From the IMG/VR virus record IMGVR_UViG_3300018428_002563, positions 1 to 64,000 of that record: 64,000 nucleotides of DNA; one strand, 5' to 3'. The position numbers and the translations under genes were made by a program. Of the stretch, positions 9,267 to 16,643 are shown one piece after another. The notes beneath the pieces were generated by a model. The model saw only the letters and a program-made list of their open reading frames with translations. It did no database searches and was not told the DNA's origin. Source of the DNA: a virus (lineage: Duplodnaviria > Caudoviricetes). Numbering within the stretch: the first letter of the stretch is position 1; every line of letters begins with the position of its first letter.

Positions 9267-11318
9267 ATGAGCAAGTGGATCACACATTGGTCTGTAAGTA
9301 TTATTACGGCCCTTGTAATTTTTATGTTACACTATGGGAATAGCACTATAGTGGAAACAGCTCGGCTGAAGCAATTTGATCTACTTCAAAACACAGATCA
9401 GCCAACTACCTCCCAAGATATTGGCATTGTTGCTATTGACGAAGCCGCTATTGAAAAGTACGGTCAATGGCCTTGGAAGCGAGATGTCTTAGCAGATATA
9501 ATCTGGAAGCTTCGAGAAGCAGGTGCAGGTATTATTGTAATACCTATACTTTTCTCAGAACCTGATAGACTAGGTGGAGACGAAGTATTAGCCGATGCAC
9601 TTGCAGATAATGGTGTAGTTATTGCACAAACAGGAACTACATCTGTCAACAAAAATTCCGTTCCTCGCGGAGTTGCTAAAATAGGCGACCCATTGCCATT
9701 TCTGTTTGAATGGCCAGGCATGTTGGGCCCTATTCCTCTACTAGGTCAAAATGCCGGGGGTGTGGGCGTTTTAAATACAGCACCTGAGGTGGATGGTGTA
9801 GTACGCCGAGTACCCTTGATTATGCGTATTGGAGAAGATACGTATCCGTCACTCGCTGTAGAGGTAATTAGACTTGCCACACAGGCACCTTCATATCAAA
9901 TAAAGGCAAATGAAGGTGGTGTTGAAAAAGTTAGGGTACCTGGATATCCTATAATCAGCACAGATCCTAACGGGCAAATTTGGTTACGTTGGAATAAAAA
10001 GTTTGACACGATTAGTGCGGCCAGTGACGACTATAGTCAGTTTGCTGGTCGCACGGTTGTGTTAGGATTAACAGCAGAAGGATTAGGTGGCTTTATTGCA
10101 AGTCCTACAGGACCACAATATAATTACATACCTGCTGCTGTAACACTACAAACTGTATTAGATGGCGACCAAATACAAAGACCATTTTGGTCTGATCTAG
10201 CAGAATTAGCAACAACAGCGGTAGTAAGTTTACTTGCTATTGTAGTTGCTACGCTTGCGCCTTTTTGGGCTGTAGGTATAACTATACTAGTAGTTGCAGG
10301 AGGACTAGCGTACGGCGCTTTATATGCGTGGCAAGAGTACTTATACTTACTAGATGTAACAATGCCTATATTAGCGTTTGTACTAGTAAGTTTACATGCT
10401 GTATTCAATAGATTTACATCAGAGTATTTTCAAAAGCAAGCAATTAAAAAACAATTTGCAGGATATGCATCTCCAACTGTAGTGCGTATGCTACAAGAAA
10501 ATCCTGCACTTATTAAAGACGGTATGAAGCGTGAGATTAGTATTTGCTTTTCGGACTTGCGTGGCTTTACACCATTAGGTGAAAGTTTTGGAGATGATGT
10601 AAAAGGCTTAACACAAATAATGAATGGCTACATGGACGCTATTACACAGCCTATACTTGATTCAAATGGTATGGTTATCAAATATATCGGTGACGCAAGT
10701 ATGCACGTTCATAATGCACCAACTGACGATCCTGATCATCCAGATACAGCCGTGGATACAGGATTACGCATGTTAAAGGCTGTGGAGAAATTTAATGAAA
10801 CGCTCAAAGAAGAAGGTAGACCTCCCATCGGTATGGGTGCTGGCATTAATAGCGGCTTGGGTTACCTTGGCGAAATGGGTAGTACAAAGCGACATTCTTA
10901 TGATGTTTTAGGAGATTCAGTTTCAACAGCGGCTAGAATTGAATCCAAATGTAAAGAGTACGGATGCTTGTTACTTGTTGGAGAAGCAACAGTTAAACAG
11001 TGCAAAAAAGATTGGTTCTTTTTGAAAGTAGATGATCTTGCTGTAAAAGGAAAAAGTGTAGGTATAGGAATACATACTGTTCTAGATTTAAAAGGAACAC
11101 CTGCACAGCTTAAAAGCAAGGAAATGCATGATAGAATGCATGAAGCATATAGAGCTCAAAAGTTTGATGAAGCAATTTGGATTTGTGAGAGATTAAAAAG
11201 ACACTTTGATGCTAAAATGGAAGGTTACTATAAAATGTGGATAGAACGTTGCGAGTATATGAAAACTCAAGACCTACCTAAAGATTGGAACGGCGTCTTT
11301 ATAGCGACAACGAAATAA
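9267..11318 (+). CDS. CHASE2-domain class III adenylate/guanylate cyclase
   Basis: N-terminal TM, CHASE2 motifs (IDEAAIEKYGQWPW, DGVVRRVPL), three TMs, cyclase FSDLRGFT, KYIGDA, GINSG, YDVLGDSV..AAR, VKGK. Confidence 0.93.
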   Translation: MSKWITHWSVSIITALVIFMLHYGNSTIVETARLKQFDLLQNTDQPTTSQDIGIVAIDEAAIEKYGQWPWKRDVLADIIWKLREAGAGIIVIPILFSEPDRLGGDEVLADALADNGVVIAQTGTTSVNKNSVPRGVAKIGDPLPFLFEWPGMLGPIPLLGQNAGGVGVLNTAPEVDGVVRRVPLIMRIGEDTYPSLAVEVIRLATQAPSYQIKANEGGVEKVRVPGYPIISTDPNGQIWLRWNKKFDTISAASDDYSQFAGRTVVLGLTAEGLGGFIASPTGPQYNYIPAAVTLQTVLDGDQIQRPFWSDLAELATTAVVSLLAIVVATLAPFWAVGITILVVAGGLAYGALYAWQEYLYLLDVTMPILAFVLVSLHAVFNRFTSEYFQKQAIKKQFAGYASPTVVRMLQENPALIKDGMKREISICFSDLRGFTPLGESFGDDVKGLTQIMNGYMDAITQPILDSNGMVIKYIGDASMHVHNAPTDDPDHPDTAVDTGLRMLKAVEKFNETLKEEGRPPIGMGAGINSGLGYLGEMGSTKRHSYDVLGDSVSTAARIESKCKEYGCLLLVGEATVKQCKKDWFFLKVDDLAVKGKSVGIGIHTVLDLKGTPAQLKSKEMHDRMHEAYRAQKFDEAIWICERLKRHFDAKMEGYYKMWIERCEYMKTQDLPKDWNGVFIATTK

Positions 11319-11466
11319 CTATTCCAAACAGTACACCAATTACAAAACCAACACAACCAGATATTACCATATCTTTGTCATGCCATATAGCTTGATTATC
11401 TAGCCACGTTTTTGTTGTTTCGTTTTGGCTTTCGTACCACTTGCTCCACTTGCTCTGTTGAAACAT
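11299..11466 (-). CDS. Small membrane protein (55 aa, not in ORF track)
   Basis: MFQQSKWSKWYESQNETTKTWLDNQAIWHDKDMVISGCVGFVIGVLFGIVISLSL; overlaps both neighbours. Confidence 0.5.
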   Translation of the reverse strand: MFQQSKWSKWYESQNETTKTWLDNQAIWHDKDMVISGCVGFVIGVLFGIVISLSL

Positions 11467-11776
11467 TTTTATAATCCTTATCTATAATTTCTTCTATTTC
11501 GCTTACATCTAAGTCTAAACTTTTACCTGTAATTTTTTCATATTGCTCTTTGAATTCTAAAACCATATTAATTTTTTGTGTTAAACGAATCATATCATTG
11601 TCTAACATACGAATTCTGTCAATAAGAGCAATTAATGTACTACTAGCTTCACCTAATACTGGTTTGATTTCAGTAGTAACCCATTTCCAAACGTAAAAGA
11701 CAAAATAACCAAGACCCATGGCAGCAATGATTGGAAAACCATATTGATTAATTGCTTCTACTATACTAGAACTCAT
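11396..11776 (-). CDS. TM + coiled-coil protein (GFPI motif, YvrJ/holin-like)
   Basis: YGFPIIAAMGLGYFVFYVW then RIRMLDNDMIRL; paralog of 11991-12269. Confidence 0.6.
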   Translation of the reverse strand: MSSSIVEAINQYGFPIIAAMGLGYFVFYVWKWVTTEIKPVLGEASSTLIALIDRIRMLDNDMIRLTQKINMVLEFKEQYEKITGKSLDLDVSEIEEIIDKDYKNVSTEQVEQVVRKPKRNNKNVAR

Positions 11777-11990
11777 CCTTATGCTCGTGTCCTATTACCA
11801 TGCTAGTAAGTTGGTCTACTCTAACTAACCAACCTGCTTCATTTACTATAAAAACATCACCAGGTTTGTAAAGGTAATGGTCTTTTGGTGAACCATCTTG
11901 CGCTTTGCCCATAACTTCACCGGGCCATTCACCTCTTATAGTAAAACTACCGTTTGACCCCTGTTCTATATTATAGTCTACCCATAACAT
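11766..11990 (-). CDS. Hypothetical protein
   Basis: ORF packed between the two GFPI paralogs. Confidence 0.55.
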   Translation of the reverse strand: MLWVDYNIEQGSNGSFTIRGEWPGEVMGKAQDGSPKDHYLYKPGDVFIVNEAGWLVRVDQLTSMVIGHEHKDEF

Positions 11991-12269
11991 TTAATCTCTC
12001 CTTGCGTCCTCTTTGCCTTCATTAGCGGCGATTCTATCTACATTTGGTTTTACGCTAAGTGCATAGCTCATAAGTGTATCTATTTTAACTAGATCGTTGT
12101 TCATAGTTTGCACACGGTTATCTAAAGCACTAATCATGCCTTTTAAACCATTTACAGAACCCGTAACACTGTCTAAAATAAATCTAAGTGTAATAAAAAC
12201 AAATAGGCCTGATGCAAGAGCACCTGCGATAGGAAAACCTACTTCGCCTACTAATTTTAAAAACTCCAT
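11991..12269 (-). CDS. TM + coiled-coil protein (GFPI motif)
   Basis: VGFPIAGALASGLFVF then RVQTMNNDLVKI; GAGGG RBS upstream. Confidence 0.6.
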   Translation of the reverse strand: MEFLKLVGEVGFPIAGALASGLFVFITLRFILDSVTGSVNGLKGMISALDNRVQTMNNDLVKIDTLMSYALSVKPNVDRIAANEGKEDARRD

Positions 12270-12302
12270 ATTGTTGCCCTCTTTTTTGAACGTTGCCCTA
12301 CG

Positions 12303-12464
12303 TTATGTATCTTCCTCGTCGTCGTCTGGTAGTGTGTGAGTACAACTACCACATAATCCTGTTTTGCTTACATCACCACAATGACAGTCTTCCCCGCAAG
12401 ATAAACATTTTTGTGTATCTTCAGGTATTTTAGGAGAGTGTATGTTTTGTGGATCTACATTCAT
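12303..12464 (-). CDS. Small Cys-rich putative metal-binding protein (53 aa, not in ORF track)
   Basis: CLSCGEDCHC...CGSCTH then acidic tail; ATG 5 nt after CTAAATA on the minus strand. Confidence 0.6.
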   Translation of the reverse strand: MNVDPQNIHSPKIPEDTQKCLSCGEDCHCGDVSKTGLCGSCTHTLPDDDEEDT

Positions 12465-12486
12465 ACTAATATTTAGCCATAAATGG

Positions 12487-12515
12487 TTGACATACTATAC
12501 AGATGATGCTAAATT
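12487..12515 (+). promoter_or_regulatory. Sigma70-like promoter
   Basis: TTGACA-17-TAAATT with TG extension. Confidence 0.55.
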
Positions 12516-12564
12516 AATAATGTTAGTGCCTTACTAACATTTTTTTTTGATTAGGAGTAAATTA

Positions 12565-13122
12565 ATGAAAGAAGGTATGCAACTACCTGAAGTTGATTTT
12601 AAGTATAGAGTTAGAACAGACGGGTTCCCTATCACTTATGTTAACAAAGACAATGGAGACGAAAATCCATTTGATTGGAAAACTGTCAATACAAAAGACA
12701 TTTTTGATGGTAAAAGAATTGTAGTGTTTTCACTACCTGGTGCATTTACACCAACATGCTCAACCTACCAAGTTCCCGGTTTCGAAGATTTATATGACGA
12801 TATTATTGCACAAAATGTAGATGACATTTATGTTATCAGTGTTAATGATACGTTTGTAATGCGTAAATGGATGATTGATCAAGAAGTTAAAAAGATCAAA
12901 TTCATTCCAGACGGTACAGGCGAATTTACTGAAAAGATGGGTATGCTTGTATGCAAAGACAATCTAGGCTTTGGCAATCGTTCATGGCGCTATGCTATGG
13001 TTGTAAACGACGGAGTAGTTGAAAAAGCATTTGTTGAACCAGGACAAGAAGATAACTGTCCAACTGATCCATACGGTGAAACTTCCCCAGAAGCTATACT
13101 CGAATACTTGAAAGCAAGTTAA
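12565..13122 (+). CDS. Peroxiredoxin (Prx5/redoxin type)
   Basis: LPGAFTPTCS, SVNDTFVM, RSWRYAMVV; ATG 12565 after AGGAG. Confidence 0.93.
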   Translation: MKEGMQLPEVDFKYRVRTDGFPITYVNKDNGDENPFDWKTVNTKDIFDGKRIVVFSLPGAFTPTCSTYQVPGFEDLYDDIIAQNVDDIYVISVNDTFVMRKWMIDQEVKKIKFIPDGTGEFTEKMGMLVCKDNLGFGNRSWRYAMVVNDGVVEKAFVEPGQEDNCPTDPYGETSPEAILEYLKAS

Positions 13123-13697
13123 TGCAGATTGATTCAGTCTTTACTAATTTTATCGCCTACAAAGAATTAGGTGTATCAAATAGAGAAGCACTTATAGAGT
13201 TTTGTAAAGAGCGAGTAAAAGATAATGACGGAATTTTTGTTGACCCAGGTGAATCTGTTTTCCTCGAACTAGGAGGAAAGATTACACAGTTCTTAGACGA
13301 GCTACACACAAAGTTAGAATTTAGCGACGATTACGAACAGCGTATCAAACAGTTCTGGGTCAACAGTTTTTGCAATCAGTCAATTACAAGGATGCATAGG
13401 CATCCAGGGGCATTCTTTTCAGCTGTCTATTATCCACAGGCTGACGAAAATTCTAGCCCGCTAGGATTTACAAGTCCTAACCATGAACTAGCACATGTTA
13501 TTAGACCCGAACACATAAAAAACTTTAACAGTTTTAACAGCGAACAATTATTCATTCCACCTAAGTCTGATTTACTTTTAGTATTTCCGTCTTGGATGTG
13601 GCACTTTGTTGCCCACAGTGAGGAAAGTAGCAACGCAAGATTTAGTATTGCGTTTGATAGTGTAATTGTAAAAAAGGAAGTTAATGAAAGTTCATGA
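13122..13697 (+). CDS. Putative 2OG-Fe(II) oxygenase (TIGR02466-like)
   Basis: HRHP..FSAVYY, LLVFPSWMWHFV, RFSIAF. Confidence 0.8.
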   Translation: MQIDSVFTNFIAYKELGVSNREALIEFCKERVKDNDGIFVDPGESVFLELGGKITQFLDELHTKLEFSDDYEQRIKQFWVNSFCNQSITRMHRHPGAFFSAVYYPQADENSSPLGFTSPNHELAHVIRPEHIKNFNSFNSEQLFIPPKSDLLLVFPSWMWHFVAHSEESSNARFSIAFDSVIVKKEVNESS

Positions 13698-14232
13698 ATT
13701 TTATAACTGGAATCATTTGATTACTCCAGACATGCGTTTTAATATGTGCAAAGATATTAATCATCTTATTGCAAAAGGTAACTACTGGACAAACAGTCCT
13801 AAGTATCAAACCAATATAAACATTTTTGGCTTGCCCCAAAGTTATTGGACAAATCTAAAAATGAGTTTTATATGGTCGTGTTTTGCTTTTATGGAAAAGG
13901 AAGTAAAAATTAAAAATATACAAAGTTGGAGTTACCGTACTAGTCTAAAAGATCCCGAAGATAGAGATATCTTGTGGCATCATCACAATCACGACACTTC
14001 TACTACTACTATAAGTGGAGTTTACTATTTGCACTTACCAGTAGATGTAGACAACGATTTAGAGACAGCAGGAACTGAGCTTGCACCAAATGGAGTTGAA
14101 GGAGAAGGAAAATACTTTGTACCTTGGAAACACGGACATTGGATGATCTATCCTGGCGAAACTTGGCACAGGCCAGGAATACTAAATTGTGAAGAAGACA
14201 GATTTATAGTTGCGGCAGACTTGGAGTACTAA
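13684..14232 (+). CDS. Putative 2OG-Fe(II) oxygenase-like protein
   Basis: WHHH..ISGVYYL, IYPGETWHRP, RFIVA. Confidence 0.65.
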   Translation: MKVHEFYNWNHLITPDMRFNMCKDINHLIAKGNYWTNSPKYQTNINIFGLPQSYWTNLKMSFIWSCFAFMEKEVKIKNIQSWSYRTSLKDPEDRDILWHHHNHDTSTTTISGVYYLHLPVDVDNDLETAGTELAPNGVEGEGKYFVPWKHGHWMIYPGETWHRPGILNCEEDRFIVAADLEY

Positions 14233-14387
14233 TGGGATATCCTACTCAAGGACACATTGCAAAAGATGTTGCAGAAATTAAAAAACTTTTAAACGAGTGC
14301 GAAACTGAAATAGATAGAGTTAAACAATTGGCTGTAAGAAACGGCGAGCTACTAAAAGAAATTTTAAAACTTATAAAACAAGGTTGA
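14232..14387 (+). CDS. Small coiled-coil protein (51 aa, not in ORF track)
   Basis: MGYPTQGHIAKDVAEIKKLL...KLIKQG; TAATG coupling and GGAG RBS. Confidence 0.5.
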   Translation: MGYPTQGHIAKDVAEIKKLLNECETEIDRVKQLAVRNGELLKEILKLIKQG

Positions 14388-14412
14388 CACATAGATGAAA
14401 ACCAATTATAAT
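14384..14412 (+). promoter_or_regulatory. Sigma70-like promoter for tRNA-Arg
   Basis: TTGACA-17-TATAAT. Confidence 0.75.
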
Positions 14413-14424
14413 ATAATAAATTAC

Positions 14425-14501
14425 GCGGCTGTAGCTCAGCTGGATAGAGCATTGGTCTACGAAACCAAGGGTCAGGAGTTCGAATCTCTTCAGCCGCGCC
14501 A
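14425..14501 (+). tRNA. tRNA-Arg(ACG)
   Basis: GCGGCTG/CAGCCGC acceptor stem, TTGGT-ctACGaa-ACCAA arm, TTCGAAT loop, CCA end. Confidence 0.95.
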
Positions 14502-14526
14502 AACAGAGTCTTAAGGAGGACCTATT

Positions 14527-15264
14527 ATGGCAAAACGTAGATTTAGAATTGAAGCTGGCAGGTACGGTGGAGAATCTGTTATTGGAGAAGTCAGCAAAGA
14601 ATTTGTTGAATTTTTTATTGATAAAGATGAATCAGATCTTATCGACACTCTTCAAAGTTATGAATGGGAAGATGAAGATATGGGTCTAGCAGATGCACCA
14701 AAACCTCGAGACGAATTTTATGCTTGGTACGAGTGTGATGAATTTGAACATCAAAACAATGCTTATGCTGACGGTACTTGGGTGTACACAGAAGTTCCAG
14801 CAGATGGTTCAGACGACTTTGCATATGACGATGACGTAGAATTTGAACCTTATCATATGTATGGTAGAGAAGCATATCATAATGACGAAAGTTATGAAAG
14901 TGCTACTACACATGTAGAAGAAGCAGACCTAGATAAAGTTGTTCCTGTTCTTGCTTTCCATAGCGGAGAAAAAGGAGGCTTTGCATGTTGGTTTGTAGAA
15001 ACCGATGGTGAAGATTTTAATCCTAAGAAATTAGCATTTAGTTCAATTGAAATGAACTTGTGTGAACTTGTAGAAAATGTTTGGTATGACAAGGTAGAAC
15101 TAGAACCAAACTATGATTACAATGATACAACTGGCAAAGGGTACTATGCGTCTGTCGGATACTTTAATAAGAAGTGGCATGATAAACCTGAACAGTATAC
15201 AGACGACATGCTTGAAGAAGAAGGATTTTGGGAAGGTTACGAAGATAATCTTCTAGAAGAATAA
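14527..15264 (+). CDS. Highly acidic hypothetical protein
   Basis: AAGGAGG RBS; very D/E- and aromatic-rich. Confidence 0.75.
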   Translation: MAKRRFRIEAGRYGGESVIGEVSKEFVEFFIDKDESDLIDTLQSYEWEDEDMGLADAPKPRDEFYAWYECDEFEHQNNAYADGTWVYTEVPADGSDDFAYDDDVEFEPYHMYGREAYHNDESYESATTHVEEADLDKVVPVLAFHSGEKGGFACWFVETDGEDFNPKKLAFSSIEMNLCELVENVWYDKVELEPNYDYNDTTGKGYYASVGYFNKKWHDKPEQYTDDMLEEEGFWEGYEDNLLEE

Positions 15265-15666
15265 ATCTTTGATTTCAGTTTCTCTAGTAGACAGTTCTAT
15301 AAAATTGCTTAGAAATACAAAGTGTTTTGATAGATCTGAAAACAAGTCAGTGTTAAGAGTATTGGATACTATATCATAAGATGATATACCTATATCTTGA
15401 TAATATCTGCGAGATATGCCGTGTTTGGAGCCAAAGTCAGGAAAGACCCCTGATACAAAAAGACAAGTATCAGCAAGTTCTTTCGGACTTTGGTTGTTTA
15501 AGAAACTTTCAGCAAAAGAAGTGTTTGGCAAGAAATCCGGTTTCTCGACAAAATTTGCTAACAGCAATACAATATAAGATTCAATGTGTATAGGTAACGT
15601 GAATCCTGTATCGTTTTGCGTATGTTGGACAACGCCTCTAAAGGCACTAACATATTCGTCCTTCAT
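15253..15666 (-). CDS. Hypothetical protein
   Basis: KELADTCLFVSGVFP..YYQDIG..SY; ATG 5 nt after GTAAATA on the minus strand. Confidence 0.65.
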   Translation of the reverse strand: MKDEYVSAFRGVVQHTQNDTGFTLPIHIESYIVLLLANFVEKPDFLPNTSFAESFLNNQSPKELADTCLFVSGVFPDFGSKHGISRRYYQDIGISSYDIVSNTLNTDLFSDLSKHFVFLSNFIELSTRETEIKDLFF

Positions 15667-15692
15667 ATAAATATTTACCTAAGGAGTACTTA

Positions 15693-15893
15693 ATGAGCGA
15701 AGAAACAGCTAATTTTACATTCAAAGCAGAGGACATCTTCACAGACATCCCAGATGATCCTAATAATGTTAATATGACAATTCCACCTGAAATATTAGAA
15801 AAAATGGGGTGGAAAGAAGGCGATGTCTTATCAGTAGAATGGTCAGAAGGTCAAATCGTATTATCTAAAAAAGAAGAAAATGTCGAAGGATAA
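15693..15893 (+). CDS. AbrB/MazE/SpoVT-like DNA-binding protein
   Basis: [24 protein letters not shown]; AAGGAG RBS. Confidence 0.7.
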   Translation: MSEETANFTFKAEDIFTDIPDDPNNVNMTIPPEILEKMGWKEGDVLSVEWSEGQIVLSKKEENVEG

Positions 15894-16098
15894 AGGCCTA
15901 ATAGAATTAGAGGGAGAAATTGTTAAAGTTCTCCCTAATAATATGTTTACTGTAAAACTACAGAATGACCATGAAATTACCTGCTATACCTCAGGTAAAA
16001 TGCGTCAATTCAAAATTAAAATGATCCAAGGTGATATGGTACGTGTAGAAATGAGTCCATATGATCTCTCAAAAGGTAGAATTACCTTTAGACTTTAG
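15880..16098 (+). CDS. infA: Translation initiation factor IF-1
   Basis: [35 protein letters not shown]; 72 aa. Confidence 0.95.
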   Translation: MSKDKGLIELEGEIVKVLPNNMFTVKLQNDHEITCYTSGKMRQFKIKMIQGDMVRVEMSPYDLSKGRITFRL

Positions 16099-16099
16099 G

Positions 16100-16128
16100 T
16101 TGACACACCCTACTTTACATGCTATAAT
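16100..16128 (+). promoter_or_regulatory. Sigma70-like promoter (extended -10)
   Basis: TTGACA-17-TATAAT with TG at the extended -10 position. Confidence 0.75.
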
Positions 16129-16166
16129 AGTTGTATAACATGTAAGCAAATAGAGGGATATTTCCT

Positions 16167-16643
16167 ATGATCTTTGTCAAAGGTGGCTCAGAACGTCAAC
16201 GTGAACTAGCAATGTCAATGGCTGAGTTTTGTATCAAGAAACTCATGCCTAGAATGAAATCTCTTGAAGTAAACATAGTCCTTAAAGATTTTGGAAAAGA
16301 TTCAGCATATGGGTATGCATTACCTGCTGATGAAGCTGATACATCACGTCCACGTCAATTCGACGTAGAAATTAATAGAAAAGTTAAGATGCGTAGAATG
16401 CTTGAAACTGTTGCACATGAAATGGTACATGTAAAACAGTTTGCTAGAGGCGAATTATATGAATCAATAAACTTAGGTATGCATCGCTGGAAAGGCGAAT
16501 GGTTATCTAATAACCGACAGTGTGTAAAAGACTACTGGGACCATCCGTGGGAAATAGAAGCTCATGGGCGTGAAACCGGTTTGTTTATCCGTTGGGCTGA
16601 AGCAAACGATCTTGCAAAATATAAATGGACACAGTTAGACTAA
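16167..16643 (+). CDS. HEXXH zincin-like putative metallopeptidase
   Basis: AHEMVHVKQ...PWEIEA. Confidence 0.7.
   Translation: MIFVKGGSERQRELAMSMAEFCIKKLMPRMKSLEVNIVLKDFGKDSAYGYALPADEADTSRPRQFDVEINRKVKMRRMLETVAHEMVHVKQFARGELYESINLGMHRWKGEWLSNNRQCVKDYWDHPWEIEAHGRETGLFIRWAEANDLAKYKWTQLD

Noticed and set aside
14246-14452. Minus-strand 68-aa ORF
   Set aside because: Antisense to tRNA-Arg, its promoter and a coupled plus-strand ORF.
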